A DNA stretch of 64,000 nucleotides from Mobula hypostoma. Taxonomy: Eukaryota. Both the position numbers and the translations under genes were made by a program. The notes under the pieces were generated by a model, which saw only the letters and a list, made by a program, of their open reading frames with translations, searched no databases and was not told where the DNA came from. Location of the stretch: assembly GCF_963921235.1 (NCBI RefSeq), contig NC_086108.1, forward strand, positions 88,538,001 through 88,602,000. Direction: 5' to 3'. This document shows, in pieces, positions 39,408 through 51,246 of the stretch; positions within the stretch are counted from its first letter, which is position 1; every line of letters starts with the position of its first letter.

Positions 39408-40145
39408 TGTTATGTGTCCACAGTTTCGTTTTCCTGGGAGTCCATAGTTTCATTTACTGTGAGTGTCACGTGTCCCCAGTTTCATTGTACTGGGAATTCA
39501 CAGTTTCGTTTCTGAGCGTTATCTTATGATGTATGTCAATGGTATAAAAGAGGGAGTCGAAGGAAAGAGAGAGAGAGTGAAGATCACAGACTTCGGGCTA
39601 TCTGGGAACAGCTCACGGTCAAGGAGGGTAAAGTCTAATGCTTACCCAAACCCAAAGATTGGTTAATCAGCGGCACACTGTGCATTATGGAGACGTGTCT
39701 GTCCTTTGTATGATCCGTGGATGTGGATTTCGTGACAGTCAGTTTGTGAAATCACTCTTCGTGGACATTGGAACAGTATTCCTTGGCTGGGATCCTCAGT
39801 AACCTTTTTCTCGTTCACTAACTGTGGAATTTTTGGAATTCGTCGTGATCAGCTCATTGCTGCATTGTGAATGCACAAGTCTCTCCTCTCATCTATTTCA
39901 TGAATTACTGGGACGCTCTGAACTGCCACTGTAAGACTGTGTTTGAGTAAGATTTGTTAAGGACGGGTTCTAAGTTTGACTGTAAGGGAGCTATAGACGC
40001 ATAACACTGTTAACTCCTGTTTAAGGAAGTAGTTTATTTAATTTTCTATATTTTTGAGTAGATGTAAATAAATATGGTGGTTTTAATATTAAAACCCGAC
40101 TCAATTTGTCATCTCTTGCTGCTGGTACGTTACAAAATCGTAACA
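39408..40145 (+). repeat. 3' LTR of the Gmr1-like element (738 bp)
   Basis: TGTTATG...CGTAACA immediately after the polypurine tract. Confidence 0.9.
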
Positions 40146-40454
40146 TCTGACTCTGCCTGACCTGCTGGATTTCACTAGCATTTTGTATGTGTTGTTTCCT
40201 AAACATTAAATGTCCTTGATGATCATCACCATAATAGCAATTATATCACATCCATCTACCTACATTTGCACAGATCACTTTATCCACCCAGCTACAAATC
40301 CTATTGTAGGGCTCATTTGGATTAAGCACCTATGAATATATTTTTGATATATTAGTGTTTTCTCATACAAATGCCCTGTTTATAATATTACCAAGTCTTT
40401 TCCTACCTTTTTCACTCTTCTGTAATTGTTTGCCCACTTATTTCTTGTTCTTAT

Positions 40455-42680
40455 GCAAGGAGCACAGGACAGGCCCTTTGGCTCACAATGCATGCCAATC
40501 TAAATAAACCTATTCCATGATTAATCTAAGCCTTCCCCCCAATGTGGCCCATAATACTCCATTTTCTCTTACATCCATTGCCTATTAAATGTCCCCATTC
40601 TATCATCCTCCATCATCATGATGAACAGCAGTGCATTCCCAGTCATTCGCTGCACACTTTGTTTAAAAAAAACGGAAAATTAACTCTGACAGCATCTCTA
40701 AACATTCCTCCCCTCATTGTAACTGGATATCCTCTGGTACTGGTCATTGCTGTCCCGGGAAAAAGGTGCTGGTTCTCTATTCTATCTATGCCTCTCATAA
40801 TCTTATATAACTCTATCAATTTTCTTTATTGCTTCAAAGATAAAATCTCTAGTGCAGTCAATATTTCCACACAATACATGCTCTCTTATCCAGGCATCCT
40901 CCTGGTAAATCTCCTCTCCACCCTCTTTAAAGCTTCTACATCTTTCCTACAATGAGGAAAGCAGAACTAAATATAATACCCTATGTGTGGTCAAAGCAGT
41001 GTTTTATGGAGCTGCAACATTACCTCGCTACTCTTGAACTCATTCTCCGAATTAACGCACACAATATAGCTTCTTAACTGCTCTATCAACTTGCATGGCA
41101 GCTTTGAGGGGTCTATGGACATGGACATCAAGATCCTTCTCTTACTCCAGACTGCTAAGAATCCTGACATTAAACTTGTACTTTCCTCCAAGTTTTCAAA
41201 GTGTATAATTTCACACTTTTTCAGATTGAACCCTGTCTGATACTTCTCCACCCACTGTTGCTCCCTGTCTATAGACTCTGAGATGCAATGGGACTTGGGA
41301 GTCCTCGTACAGGATACCCTTAAGGTTAACCTTCAGGTTGAGCCAGTGGTGAAGAAGGCCAATGCAATGTTGGCATTCATTTCTAGAGGAATAGAGTATA
41401 GGAGCAGGGATGTGATGTTGAGGCTCTATAAGGCGCTCTTGAGACCTCACTTGGAGTACTGTGGGCAGTTTTGGTCTCCTTATTTAAGAAAGGATGTGCT
41501 GACCTTGGAGAGGGTACAGGGAAGATTCACTAGAATGATTCTGGGAATGAGAGGGTTAACATATGAGGAACGTTTGTCCGCTCTTGGACTGTATTCCTCG
41601 GAGATAAGAAGAATGAGGGGGGACCTCATAGAAACATTTCGAATGTTGAAAGGCATGGACAGAGTGGATGTGGCAAAGTTGTTTCCTATGATGGGGGAGT
41701 CTAGTACGAGAGGGCATGACTTAAGGATTGAAGGGCGCCCATTCAGAACAGAGATGTGAAGAAATTTTTTTAGTCAGAGGGTGGTGAATCTGTGGAATTT
41801 GTTGCCACGGGTGGCAGTGGAGGCCAAGTCATTGGGTGTATTTAAGGCAGAGATTGATAGGTCTCTGAGTAGCCAGGGCATCAAAGGTTATGGTGAGAAG
41901 GCAGGGGAGTGGGACTAAATGGGAGAATGGATCAGCTCATGATAAAATGGCAGAGCAGATTCGATGGGCCGAATGGCCGTTTCTGCTCCTTTGTCTTATG
42001 GTCTAATGGTCTTATACCCTCTTGTAACCTACAACTTCTACACTATCCACAACTCATCCAACCTTTGTGTCATCTACATACCTACTAACATCCCCCCCTT
42101 CCACTTTCTCATCCTAGTCATTTGGGAGCAAGTGTCCCAAAACAGATCCCTGCGGAACATCACCGGTCATTGACATCCAGGAAGAACATGCTCCATCTAA
42201 CACGTCCTGACTTTTTGGATAAGCCTGCCGGGGGAAATCTTGCCAAACCTTATTAAAATCTATATACACCACACTCACATCTCCACCTTCAATTTGTTTT
42301 CTTACATCCCCGCAACTTATTTTGGTTCGTGATATATGACTTACCTTAATTAAACTATGCTTTCGCAAATTCTCGTAAGTCCTGTTCCTTTTAATCCTTT
42401 CCATTAGTATGGCCACCACTGGTTTATAATCCGTAGAATTATCCTTATTATAATTCTTAAACAATGGAAGAATATTTTCCATCCTCCAACCTTCCGGTAC
42501 TACTCATGTGGCCAGGGAGATTGAAAAGGTCATCATCAATGCCCCAGCAATCCCTTCCCCAAATTCACAAAGTATTGTGGGATACATTCCTTGCAGCCCC
42601 AGGGACTTGTCAATCCTGAAGTTTTTCAGGAACTCCAAAACTGCCTCTTTCTTAACATATTCCATCACATTGGCCTGACT
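40455..42680. mobile_element. Old minus-strand CR1 with a younger plus-strand CR1 (about 41275-42008) nested inside
   Basis: ORF 41283: LYKALLRPHLEYCGQFWSP...RGDLIETFR with intact 3' UTR; flanking degenerate minus-strand CR1 ORFs. Confidence 0.88.
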
Positions 42681-44270
42681 GATTTGAAGCAGTTGAAAGC
42701 TCTGTTGCCCCAGAAATTAATTTTACTCCCCATTTAAACTAGGCAAATCCCTTAATGAACTCAACTTTGATTTTTTTCAACTCCAGCTTTACAATCTTGA
42801 ATTCTATTTTTGTGTCGACATTTCGATCCATGCAGTATTCTCATTTTCTAGTTTCTGTACTCTCACATCAGTCACTTCAGAGATGGATATTTGGCTGGTT
42901 CGTGTACTAAACACAGAGTAATCAAGATAAAATAGATATTTTGGTATTTGCTGCTATGTTTACTTTCTTACACATAAAACATAATTGAAGTTGAGAAGGA
43001 ACATGGATTTCCAATTTCAGGTAGCCCACACATCCTTTGTTTCTTTCTCTTTCCTAATGTGCCCCAGCCCTCATACACACACCTTCCTTTCCATCTTCTC
43101 CAACCCACCCCTCATTAATTTGCTTCTTTCACCACCTCCACTTGGTTCCACCTGCTTATCACTCAACCCATCTTACTTGTCGATCCAAGCTAGCAACAGC
43201 AAACAATGCTACCAAAGGTGACATACTCAAGACGGTTTATTAAGCAACTCCTTTTAGACCTTCTTTTATTTCAGATGTTGCTCTGCTACTGTTGGGGCTG
43301 TTTATCTACATTCCAGTGGTGAGTTTTCAGGCCAATCGGGCGATCTGGTGCTTCGCTGTTTCCGAGAGTGTTCCACAGGCTGCTGGCAAAGTGTGCAGCA
43401 TGGAGGCCAGGAGGTCATGATTGACTTTATCTCTCAATGATTAACGAGCTGAGGAAGATTGAAATCACTGAGGTGGGTGTGGAGAGCAATCAGGTGTTCA
43501 GTGCAATCTTTCAGCCTCTCGCTCGTGGGAGGAGGGTGTCTGCGTGGGGTGGTCTCTCTCTCCCCCTCTTGCCCACTGCTCTTGAGGGAAGCTCCTTGCA
43601 TTTCAGTGATCTCTCTCTCCCATAATGCTGTCAAAGGATGGTGCTGGAACTAGGTTTAATTGCTGTGGTTTGTGGATTTGGATTCTAATTCAGGTTTATG
43701 ATGTGTTATAGTACTGATCACTCCTTTTTCTGTTGCTACTTTTAGACAAATTTTGAGTCAGGGCAGCCTTCAGATAATGAACACTGAGCTGAACTGCAAT
43801 ATGCTTTTTGATTGTGTGTTTTATATCCTGAGTTTTTGTTTGTTTTTTATTAAGCAATTTTTTTTTTTTTTGAGCGTGAGGGTTTGAGGTTTTTCTTTGT
43901 ACGGGTTGGTTCCAAAGTCCTTTGTTTCATGACCGTGTGTGGAAGACGAATTTCAGGGTTGTGTGCTGCATACATACGTACATACTTTGATAATAAATGT
44001 ACTTTGGATCTTCAAACCCACTCAACTGCCTTGTTCTGTCCCTTCCCCCCAATTTCTCCATCTGCCCAGTAGCCTTTCTTTGTCAGGTTCCACCCATTAT
44101 TCTCCTTTTCTGTCAGATTCCATAATCTGCAGCATTTGTTGTCACCATTACCCACCTCTGACCTCTCATATTTCAGCAGTTTGCTGAGAGAAAAACAGAG
44201 TGAATCAATATAAAAACCAATTGCCACATCCCAGTGTTACCATGGATCTCTTACTAACTCTTCCTTCAGT

Positions 44271-44308
44271 TAGTCCTGACGAAGGGTCTCCGCCTGAAAC
44301 GTCGACTG
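44271..44308 (+). ncRNA. Hammerhead ribozyme motif copy in a Penelope-derived short repeat (about 44245-44410)
   Basis: TAGTC-CTGACGA-AGGGTCTCCGCCT-GAAAC-GTC-GACTG; near-identical to the 29067 copy. Confidence 0.75.
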
Positions 44309-44419
44309 TACCTCTTCCTAGAGATGCTGCCTGGCCTGCTGCGTTCACCAGCAACTCTGATGTGTGTTGCTTGAATTTCCAGCATCTGCAGAATTCCTCT
44401 TGTTTGAGATAACAGGTGG

Positions 44420-45911
44420 TTTATTTAGTGCCCTGACAATATAGCATTATCTAAAAATTTACTATTAATATATTCTCATTTTTTAAATTTTAAAGTTACA
44501 ATAGGATTTCTGGACAGAATATTTATAACTAAAATGCAATACATTAAAACTCATTTACAAACACAAAAAAAAACTTCACATTAATGAGAAATCACACAAA
44601 CACAAAAAAAAGCCTTTGAGTGATTTAATGCAATAATATGTTTAATCATAGCAGTAAATAATGTCAATGTCTGATTCATAGCTATCTGTCCTTGCAATAC
44701 ACAAAACAGATGTACAAATTGCTGTTGTTTTAAACTTAATTTTCCACAATTCCAAACAAAACTTAATACTATTTTAAAATAAATGCATGTCAAGTTTCTT
44801 CAATATTTGGAAAGATTAAATGAAAACTGAATGCTGAGGATTATACTTAGGAATAAAAATGTATATTTGTCTGTAGGACAAGACCGAATATCTCAATCAG
44901 CTTCTCTGCCCAGTACAGTACTAATTGATTGAGAGGCAAATTTAAAATCTGCTGGTTTAATGCATTGAAATGGTCAATTCTTGCACTTGGCAAGAACATC
45001 TACAGAGGAACAACAAATTAAACATTTACAGCAGACTTTAAAACCTGATGGAAATGCTATAATCTTATTGGCTGAAATGGATCAGTCATTAATGTGCATT
45101 TGAATTTTTTTTTCCGTAGTGAGATAGAAAAATACATGCATATTAATTGGTTCTTTACTTATACACTATGGCAACCTTAAAATAATCAGTTAATATAAGA
45201 CTAACTGTACCATCAAGACTTTGAAGATATTATGACTCCAAATCTCTTTCTTTTGAACACACAAATAGTTCTTGCATAGTACAATTTTAAATGTGCAAAT
45301 TTCATGCAAGTACTTAAAATAATTTTCACTCCATTAGCTTTAAACTAAGCTGGTGTACAGTGTTATACAAGATAATGTTTTGCTTCCATATTCATTCACC
45401 ATTGCTGCAAGAATTAATTCTGAAAGTGGTTTAAAAATTATAGTAATTTTTTACTCCATTCATAATGTGTAAATTCAGATTCTTTGTACTTTGGCCAATT
45501 AAATAATAGTGGTAGTTACAATGAGGCTCAAATTTTGATTAGTGCATTTCATGCATTTTAACCAAACTATCTTTCAAGATGTAGATTCTATTCTATTATC
45601 AATTTAAAACTAGCTTTAGGGTTGCTAACAGCCACACAAGATTATAACAGTTAATATCACAACCACATTAAAATATTAATTTGAGAAGCTCCTTTTATGT
45701 GAATCCTATCAGAAGAGTGCACGTGTATTACATATCACATACAAGGTCACAACATTGTACTGTTCAAGCAATGTCAATGAGGTTTTTAATTGTATCACCA
45801 AACTCATACAGTTAAATGGCAAGTGGCATTTAATACTCTGGAAAGACACACACAAAGACTGCCCTCAGTAGAACTGCTGCACCGCAGTTGGCAAGAGGAA
45901 AATATTGCACT
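44420..45911 (-). other. AGL: Probable AGL 3' UTR (AT-rich, repeat-free) with candidate AATAAA at 44425-44420
   Basis: Follows the stop codon; plus-strand TTTATT at 44420-44425. The true cleavage site cannot be determined from sequence. Confidence 0.5.
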
Positions 45912-46029
45912 TCAGAGCTCATACAGAACTTCTATAATAGTAGCTATTGACCAAGCCTGTGTTTCACAGCTAAACGGACAGTACCCTCCATTTTCATTGG
46001 TAAGCTCTGGAAGACCTTTCCAAGGAGAC
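45912..46029 (-). CDS. AGL: AGL terminal coding exon [38 protein letters not shown]
   Basis: CCTTAG acceptor; GLPELTN (catalytic Glu) and QAWS motifs; TGA at 45914-45912. Confidence 0.97.
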
Positions 46030-46439
46030 CTAAGGAATTAAACAAAACATAATAAATAAAAGCACTACAATTCATTTTAATTGGTAACTGTCACATTTTG
46101 AGGTTCTGAGAATGGTTATTCATTAGGACTTGGATACACTCTTAACAGCATAATCTTATTTAAAAGGAGTTGACCCTCCAAGACAACTCCATGCTATGTT
46201 AACAATCTGTTGTCAAAATATAATTTACACAGGTTGATCAGCAAAAAGATTTTGGAGTCAGGCAGCGACAACTCTCGCAGATGTGGAGCACCTCACACTG
46301 CACACGTTGAAATGGCATCGGAACCACGAGGAACACCTAGACTCTTCATCCTGAGTTTTAGCCTTTCTATTCTTTGTTTGTGGAGTGTCGGCGAAACATA
46401 TTAAATGTGCACACAGGTATTCGGCTGTGTATATTCATG

Positions 46440-47615
46440 TAAGACCATAAGGCATAGGAGCAGAATTAGGCCATTCAGCTCATCAAATTTGCTCCGCCAT
46501 TCCATCGTGGCTGATCCCGGCTACCACTCAATCCCATACACCTGCTTTTTCAACATATCCTTTGATGCCATGACCGATCAGGAAATGATCAAATATACGC
46601 AGAGACTTGTCCTTCACCACCAGACTGTGGCAGAGCATTCCACAGATTCACTACTCTGGTTAAAGAAACTCCCCCTCACCTCTGTTCTGAAAGGTCACCC
46701 CTCAAGTTTGAGGCTGTGCACTCTGATACCCCCACAATAGGAAACATCCTCTTCCCACCCACCTTACATAGTCCTTTCAACATTTGGTAGGTTTCAATGA
46801 GATCCCCACGCATTTTTCTAAATTCCAGTGCGTACAGGCCCAAAGCTGCCATATGTTCCTCGTATATTAACCCCTTCATTTCCAGAATCATCCTCGTGAA
46901 CAACTCTCTCCAATGGAAACACATCCTTTCTGAGACACAGGGGCAAAACTGTTGACAATACGCCACGTGAGGCCTGACTGGTGTCTTATAAAGGCTCAGC
47001 TTTATCTCCATGCTTTTATATTCTATTTCCCTTGAAATAAATGCCAACATTGCATTTGCCTTCTTTACCACAGACATGACCTGTAAATTAACCTTCTAGG
47101 AGTCTTGCGTGAGGACTCCCAAGTCCCTCTGCACCTCTGATGTTTGAACCTTCTCCCCATTTAGATAATCTTTTGTACTATTGTTCCTTTTACCAAATAC
47201 ATCATCATACATTTCCGAAAACTGTATTCCATCTGCCACTTTTTTGCCCATTCTTCGAATTTATCCAACTCCTACTGTAATCACCTTGTTCCTCAGCACT
47301 ACCTACCCTTCCACCTATCTCCGCAAACTTTGCTACAAAGCCATCAATTCCACCATCCAAATCATTGACAGCCAACCAGAAAAGTCCCCTCTTATTCCCA
47401 CTCACTGCCTCCTGCCTGTCAGCCATTCCTCTATCCATGCCCGTATAGTTCCTGTAATGCCTAACGATTTTATCCTGTTAAGCAGCTTCATGTGTGGCAC
47501 CTTATCAAATGCCTTCTGAAAATCAAAGTGACATCCACTGCCTCTCCTTTGTCCACACTGCTCGTTAATTCCTCAAAGAACTCCAACAGTTTTGTCAGGC
47601 AAGTTTTCCCTTTAC
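46440..47615 (-). mobile_element. CR1 fragment in the last AGL intron
   Basis: KKANAMLAFISR...RGDLIETY; 3' tail near 46440. Confidence 0.88.
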
Positions 47616-48202
47616 ATGTTTGTGAACTGAGCCAATAAAGGTACTTGTCAATAAATACAGATCCTCTTTGTGCCTAATTGATCATTATTATTTAGGGGTA
47701 AACCTTGTAACAACTGTTCTACAGCTATGAATTGGATTGATAAACTTGTAACCCTATTTGGCCAACTACTTCAATATAACCTTGAGTACCATTCAGTTAT
47801 AAATTAAAGTAGTATTTTCTTAAGAACATAAACACGAGGAATTCTGCAGATAAAGTCCAGGTTCCTGCTGGATCCCTTTGCATGCTGTTTTGCATTTAGA
47901 AGGTAGAACACAGAGGTACAGCACAGTCAATATGTCCTTCTTGCAACCTGATTTCTGCATCAACTAATATATGCGCTTCAAGTACAAAAGCAAATCACAA
48001 TCCTAACAAATATTGCGATATTCATTATGGAAAACTATTTCTGTTAAAAATCAAAAAAATCTTTTCAGTCACAATGACTCACACCCCACAAACCAACTTA
48101 TTGTAATGACTTGATATGAAGCAGGGTGTTACAGCAATGGTCAAAAATCAAAATGTTCCTAAGGAAATTTGCATAATGTAGACAAGTAAATTATACCCTT
48201 AC

Positions 48203-48336
48203 TTTGACAAATGATCGTAATGATGGGAAAGGATGTGCTTCACTAAAATTATAGTGTCTTCATACAATTTCTTTTCCATTACTTTTGAAAAGTGCAACTT
48301 TGCACGGAGGAAATACCCCATAGGCCACACCCATTC
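48203..48336 (-). CDS. AGL: AGL exon (134 nt) [44 protein letters not shown](K)
   Basis: TTCTAG acceptor and GTAAGG donor; follows a 94-nt intron; [12 protein letters not shown] motif. Confidence 0.97.
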
Positions 48337-48430
48337 CTAGAAAACAAAAGAAATGCAAGTCACATGTCTTTTGTATTAAATGTCCTATATATTTTAGCTG
48401 AAATAGATTAAACATAGTATAAATAATTAC

Positions 48431-48518
48431 CGGCCCTTGATGGTAATTATAGCCCTTAGCAATGTTGAAGTTGTCGCAATCCATCGAATTGTCATAGACA
48501 CCACCGTAAACAAGGTCA
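48431..48518 (-). CDS. AGL: AGL exon (88 nt) [29 protein letters not shown]
   Basis: TTAG acceptor and GTAATT donor; NYHQGP motif. Confidence 0.97.
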
Positions 48519-48920
48519 CTAACCAAAAAGAGAAATCGAATTTTACTGTCAAGACACACTAGCAGATAACCACCACAGTAAATAGGGATCAACAAACAGC
48601 TCACTAAAAGAAATACAAACACAAGAGATTCCGCAGATGCTGGAAATCTAGAGGAACACAAAATGCTGGAGGAACTCTCAGGTCAGGCAGCATCTATGAG
48701 GAGGAATAGTCAATTAATTATATTGAGATGAATGGTATCTGCCCAAAACATTGAAATCTTTATTCCTTTCTATAGATACTGCCTGACCTGCTGAGATCCT
48801 CCACTATTTTGTGTGTGTTACACGAAAGGAAACATCTTAGATTAACTATTGCACACCATTTCATTTTACTTGTAACACGCTGCAGGAACTCAGCAGGTCG
48901 GGCAGCATCCGTGGAAATGA

Positions 48921-48960
48921 TCGGTTGACGTTTCGGGCCAGAACCCTTCGTCAGGACTGA
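48921..48960 (-). ncRNA. Hammerhead ribozyme motif copy in an AGL intron, sense to AGL
   Basis: Reverse complement TCAGTC-CTGACGA-AGGGTTCTGGCCC-GAAAC-GTC-AACCGA; core intact, stem I has two mismatches. Confidence 0.65.
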
Positions 48961-49129
48961 AGAGGGAAGGATCAGAGGCCCTATAAAGAAGATGGGGGGA
49001 GGGTGGGAAGGGGAAGGCTGGTAGGTTCCAGGTTTGGAACCTCCAGCGTGTTGTGAGTGTTGCTTTGACCCCAGCATCTGCAGATTATTTTGTGTTCATT
49101 TTACTTGTACCAGGAATAACTCAACTCAC

Positions 49130-49227
49130 TCTGGGTCTAAAGTTTTCAATCCCAGCGGTCCAAGCAGCTTTTCCTCTATAGCTTTCAGAGCTTTCCATGC
49201 ATTTTCTGGTGTAAAAAGTTCAGGGGC
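49130..49227 (-). CDS. AGL: AGL exon (98 nt) [32 protein letters not shown](D)
   Basis: TTTTCAG acceptor and GTGAGT donor; LLGPLG.KTLDP motif. Confidence 0.97.
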
Positions 49228-49503
49228 CTGAAAATGCAAAGTGATAGTTTTAGTGCTATAAATAAAACTTTAGTTGGGCATTCATGTAGTTTCAAATGAA
49301 AATTATGATGAAAAGATCAAGGTTTTGCAGGAGACATGACTGAATGGAAATGGAATCAAACTCAGTTTAAAACATGTGATAACTACTCCATTGTTGGTCT
49401 CAATTACAAATATTTGTACTGTCACATATTTCTTCAAAGTAATTCTTTTAAAAAGATAGAATTAAAGCAGAAGACACTTATTTAAACAAATAGGATCACT
49501 TAC

Positions 49504-49715
49504 CACAACCATAGCAACTGGAAAATTTGGTCTCAGTTGGTAGTCACACCATGGACTGGAAGCTCCATAACAGTCTTTATATATGCTCTTTTTGTGGACA
49601 AGGTTAGGAAATTTTTCATTGGGATCATTTGGATCCCCAGAAACAAAAAAATGCTTTTCGAAGTTCTGTTGTATTCTACGGTTCCACTCCTCATATGTGA
49701 TAAATATTTCTTTTC
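49504..49715 (-). CDS. AGL: AGL exon (212 nt) [24 protein letters not shown]...[26 protein letters not shown]
   Basis: Inside ORF 49462..49728; TACAG acceptor and GTAAGT donor; DYQLRPNF motif. Confidence 0.97.
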
Positions 49716-50310
49716 CTGTACAATACAATCAATTTTATCATCCAATATGGCATGTTTAGGAAAATTATAATTGAAAATTCAATTACAAACATTTAGAAAC
49801 TTTTTCAATAAACAATGTAACATGACTAACATTTGACTAATTATAGATCTCAAAGATGATCATTTTAAGTGTTGAAATAAAACTACTACCAGCATTGCAC
49901 GCTCAACCAGATTTGACCAATAAATAATAATTCACTATCACACCTGAACTCCAAGTTGGCAGGGCAAATTTCAAGTTGTAAGTTTAAGAGTTCTACAGCT
50001 GGGAATGAGCCACTTGACTAGATTATCTTTTAGGCAACAAAATAGATGATTGGCTGAATACTCTTCAGTGCATAGTATTTAAATCTTTGACACATCTTTC
50101 TACAACTAGAGACTACCCATAAACTAACATAAAATGCTGAAAATATGCAGGTCTAACTTGGTTCCATCAAGGAACCTTATTGGAAACTTTTATTTTCTCA
50201 GATGTTGATAGCACTACAATGTGCCTCTATTTTTATTGCTGCTTCTTGGCCATCTCCTTGAACGTAAAGTCCACTTCATTACGTGACTCTAAGATTTAAG
50301 GAAGACAGTC

Positions 50311-50590
50311 TTATTTATTTAGAGATACAGGGTGGAACAAGTCCTTCCAGCTCAATGAGCTGCACTGCCCAGTAACCCATCTATTTAACCTTCGCCTCAT
50401 CACAGGACAATTTCCAATCACCAATTAACCTACTAACGGGTACGTCTTTGGACTGAGGGAGGAAACCAGAGCACCACAGGCTCACGGGAACAACATTCAA
50501 ACTTCCTTACAGGGGATGCCGGAATTGAACTCCAAACTCCAATGACCCCAGCTGTAATAACGTCATGCTACTGCTACACAACAGCGGCAC
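50311..50590 (-). mobile_element. tRNA-derived V-SINE/HE1-like SINE
   Basis: Reverse complement has a B-box-like GGAGTTCAATTCC, the central GTGCTCTGGTTTCCTCCC..AGTCCAAAGACGTAC core and a (TAAA)n tail. Confidence 0.8.
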
Positions 50591-51246
50591 TTTCTCCATT
50601 AAGTTTGGTATGTATTAATTACAAAAGTTGGTTAAATAACCTGCACATAAACAACTTGCAATTGTACGGTTGAAAAACACTAGAAATACACAGCACATCA
50701 GTCAGCTCTGGAGGAAAGATATGGGTTAAAATTTCAGGTTTACAGCCTTTCATCTGAACTTTCCCATACCAACTGAATATTTCCAGCTTTTTCAGTTCTT
50801 TCAGATTTCTACCATCAGAAATTCACAAAAGAGGAAAGGCATATGGGTAGGGCCCAAGAAAAGATAGCTTAAGAAAGATGATTAATAAAGTATTTGGAGA
50901 GAAGCTGAGAGTTATTTCTGTTTTTAAATCAAAATAACAATATGATAGAAACATTGGGACAAAGGAACTCTAGATTATAGATTTGAAAGACCAAGACAGA
51001 TAGAAAACTGGGATGATGCAACTCATGTGCCTCACAGGAATCTGCTGGAAAGTCTGATGGACTCATTGTCTTTATCAGTAGCTATGATGGACTAAGACAA
51101 ACATATTCACAACGGACAATACTGATAAATATAGTCAATACTGCAGACTGATTGAAACATTATAGCTGGGCAGGTACATGGATTCAAAAGGTTAAAGGGT
51201 TATGGGCCAAATACAGGCAAAAGGGACTAACTTAGATAGGCTAAAA

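Larger units (their letters stand above)
34032..40145 (+). mobile_element. Gmr1-like Gypsy LTR retrotransposon (gag-PR-INT-RT-RH), decayed and rearranged, lacking a recognisable 5' LTR
   Basis: tRNA-Pro PBS TGGGGGCTTGTCCGGGAT (34032-34049); gag with SCAN-like LKELILIEEF and CHYCRKPGHVMANC knuckle; protease LRDTAA; integrase H..GGHLG and AYHPESQ...SPFELVFG; RT remnant FLGMAGYYRRF; RNase H DASD...YSTIEKE...YTDH; PPT GGGGAGAGG then LTR. Confidence 0.93.

Noticed and set aside
36689..40145. Apparent complete two-LTR retrotransposon
   Set aside because: No PBS after the first LTR; it is preceded by PPT and RNase H sequence and followed by duplicated host flank, so it is a secondary duplication.
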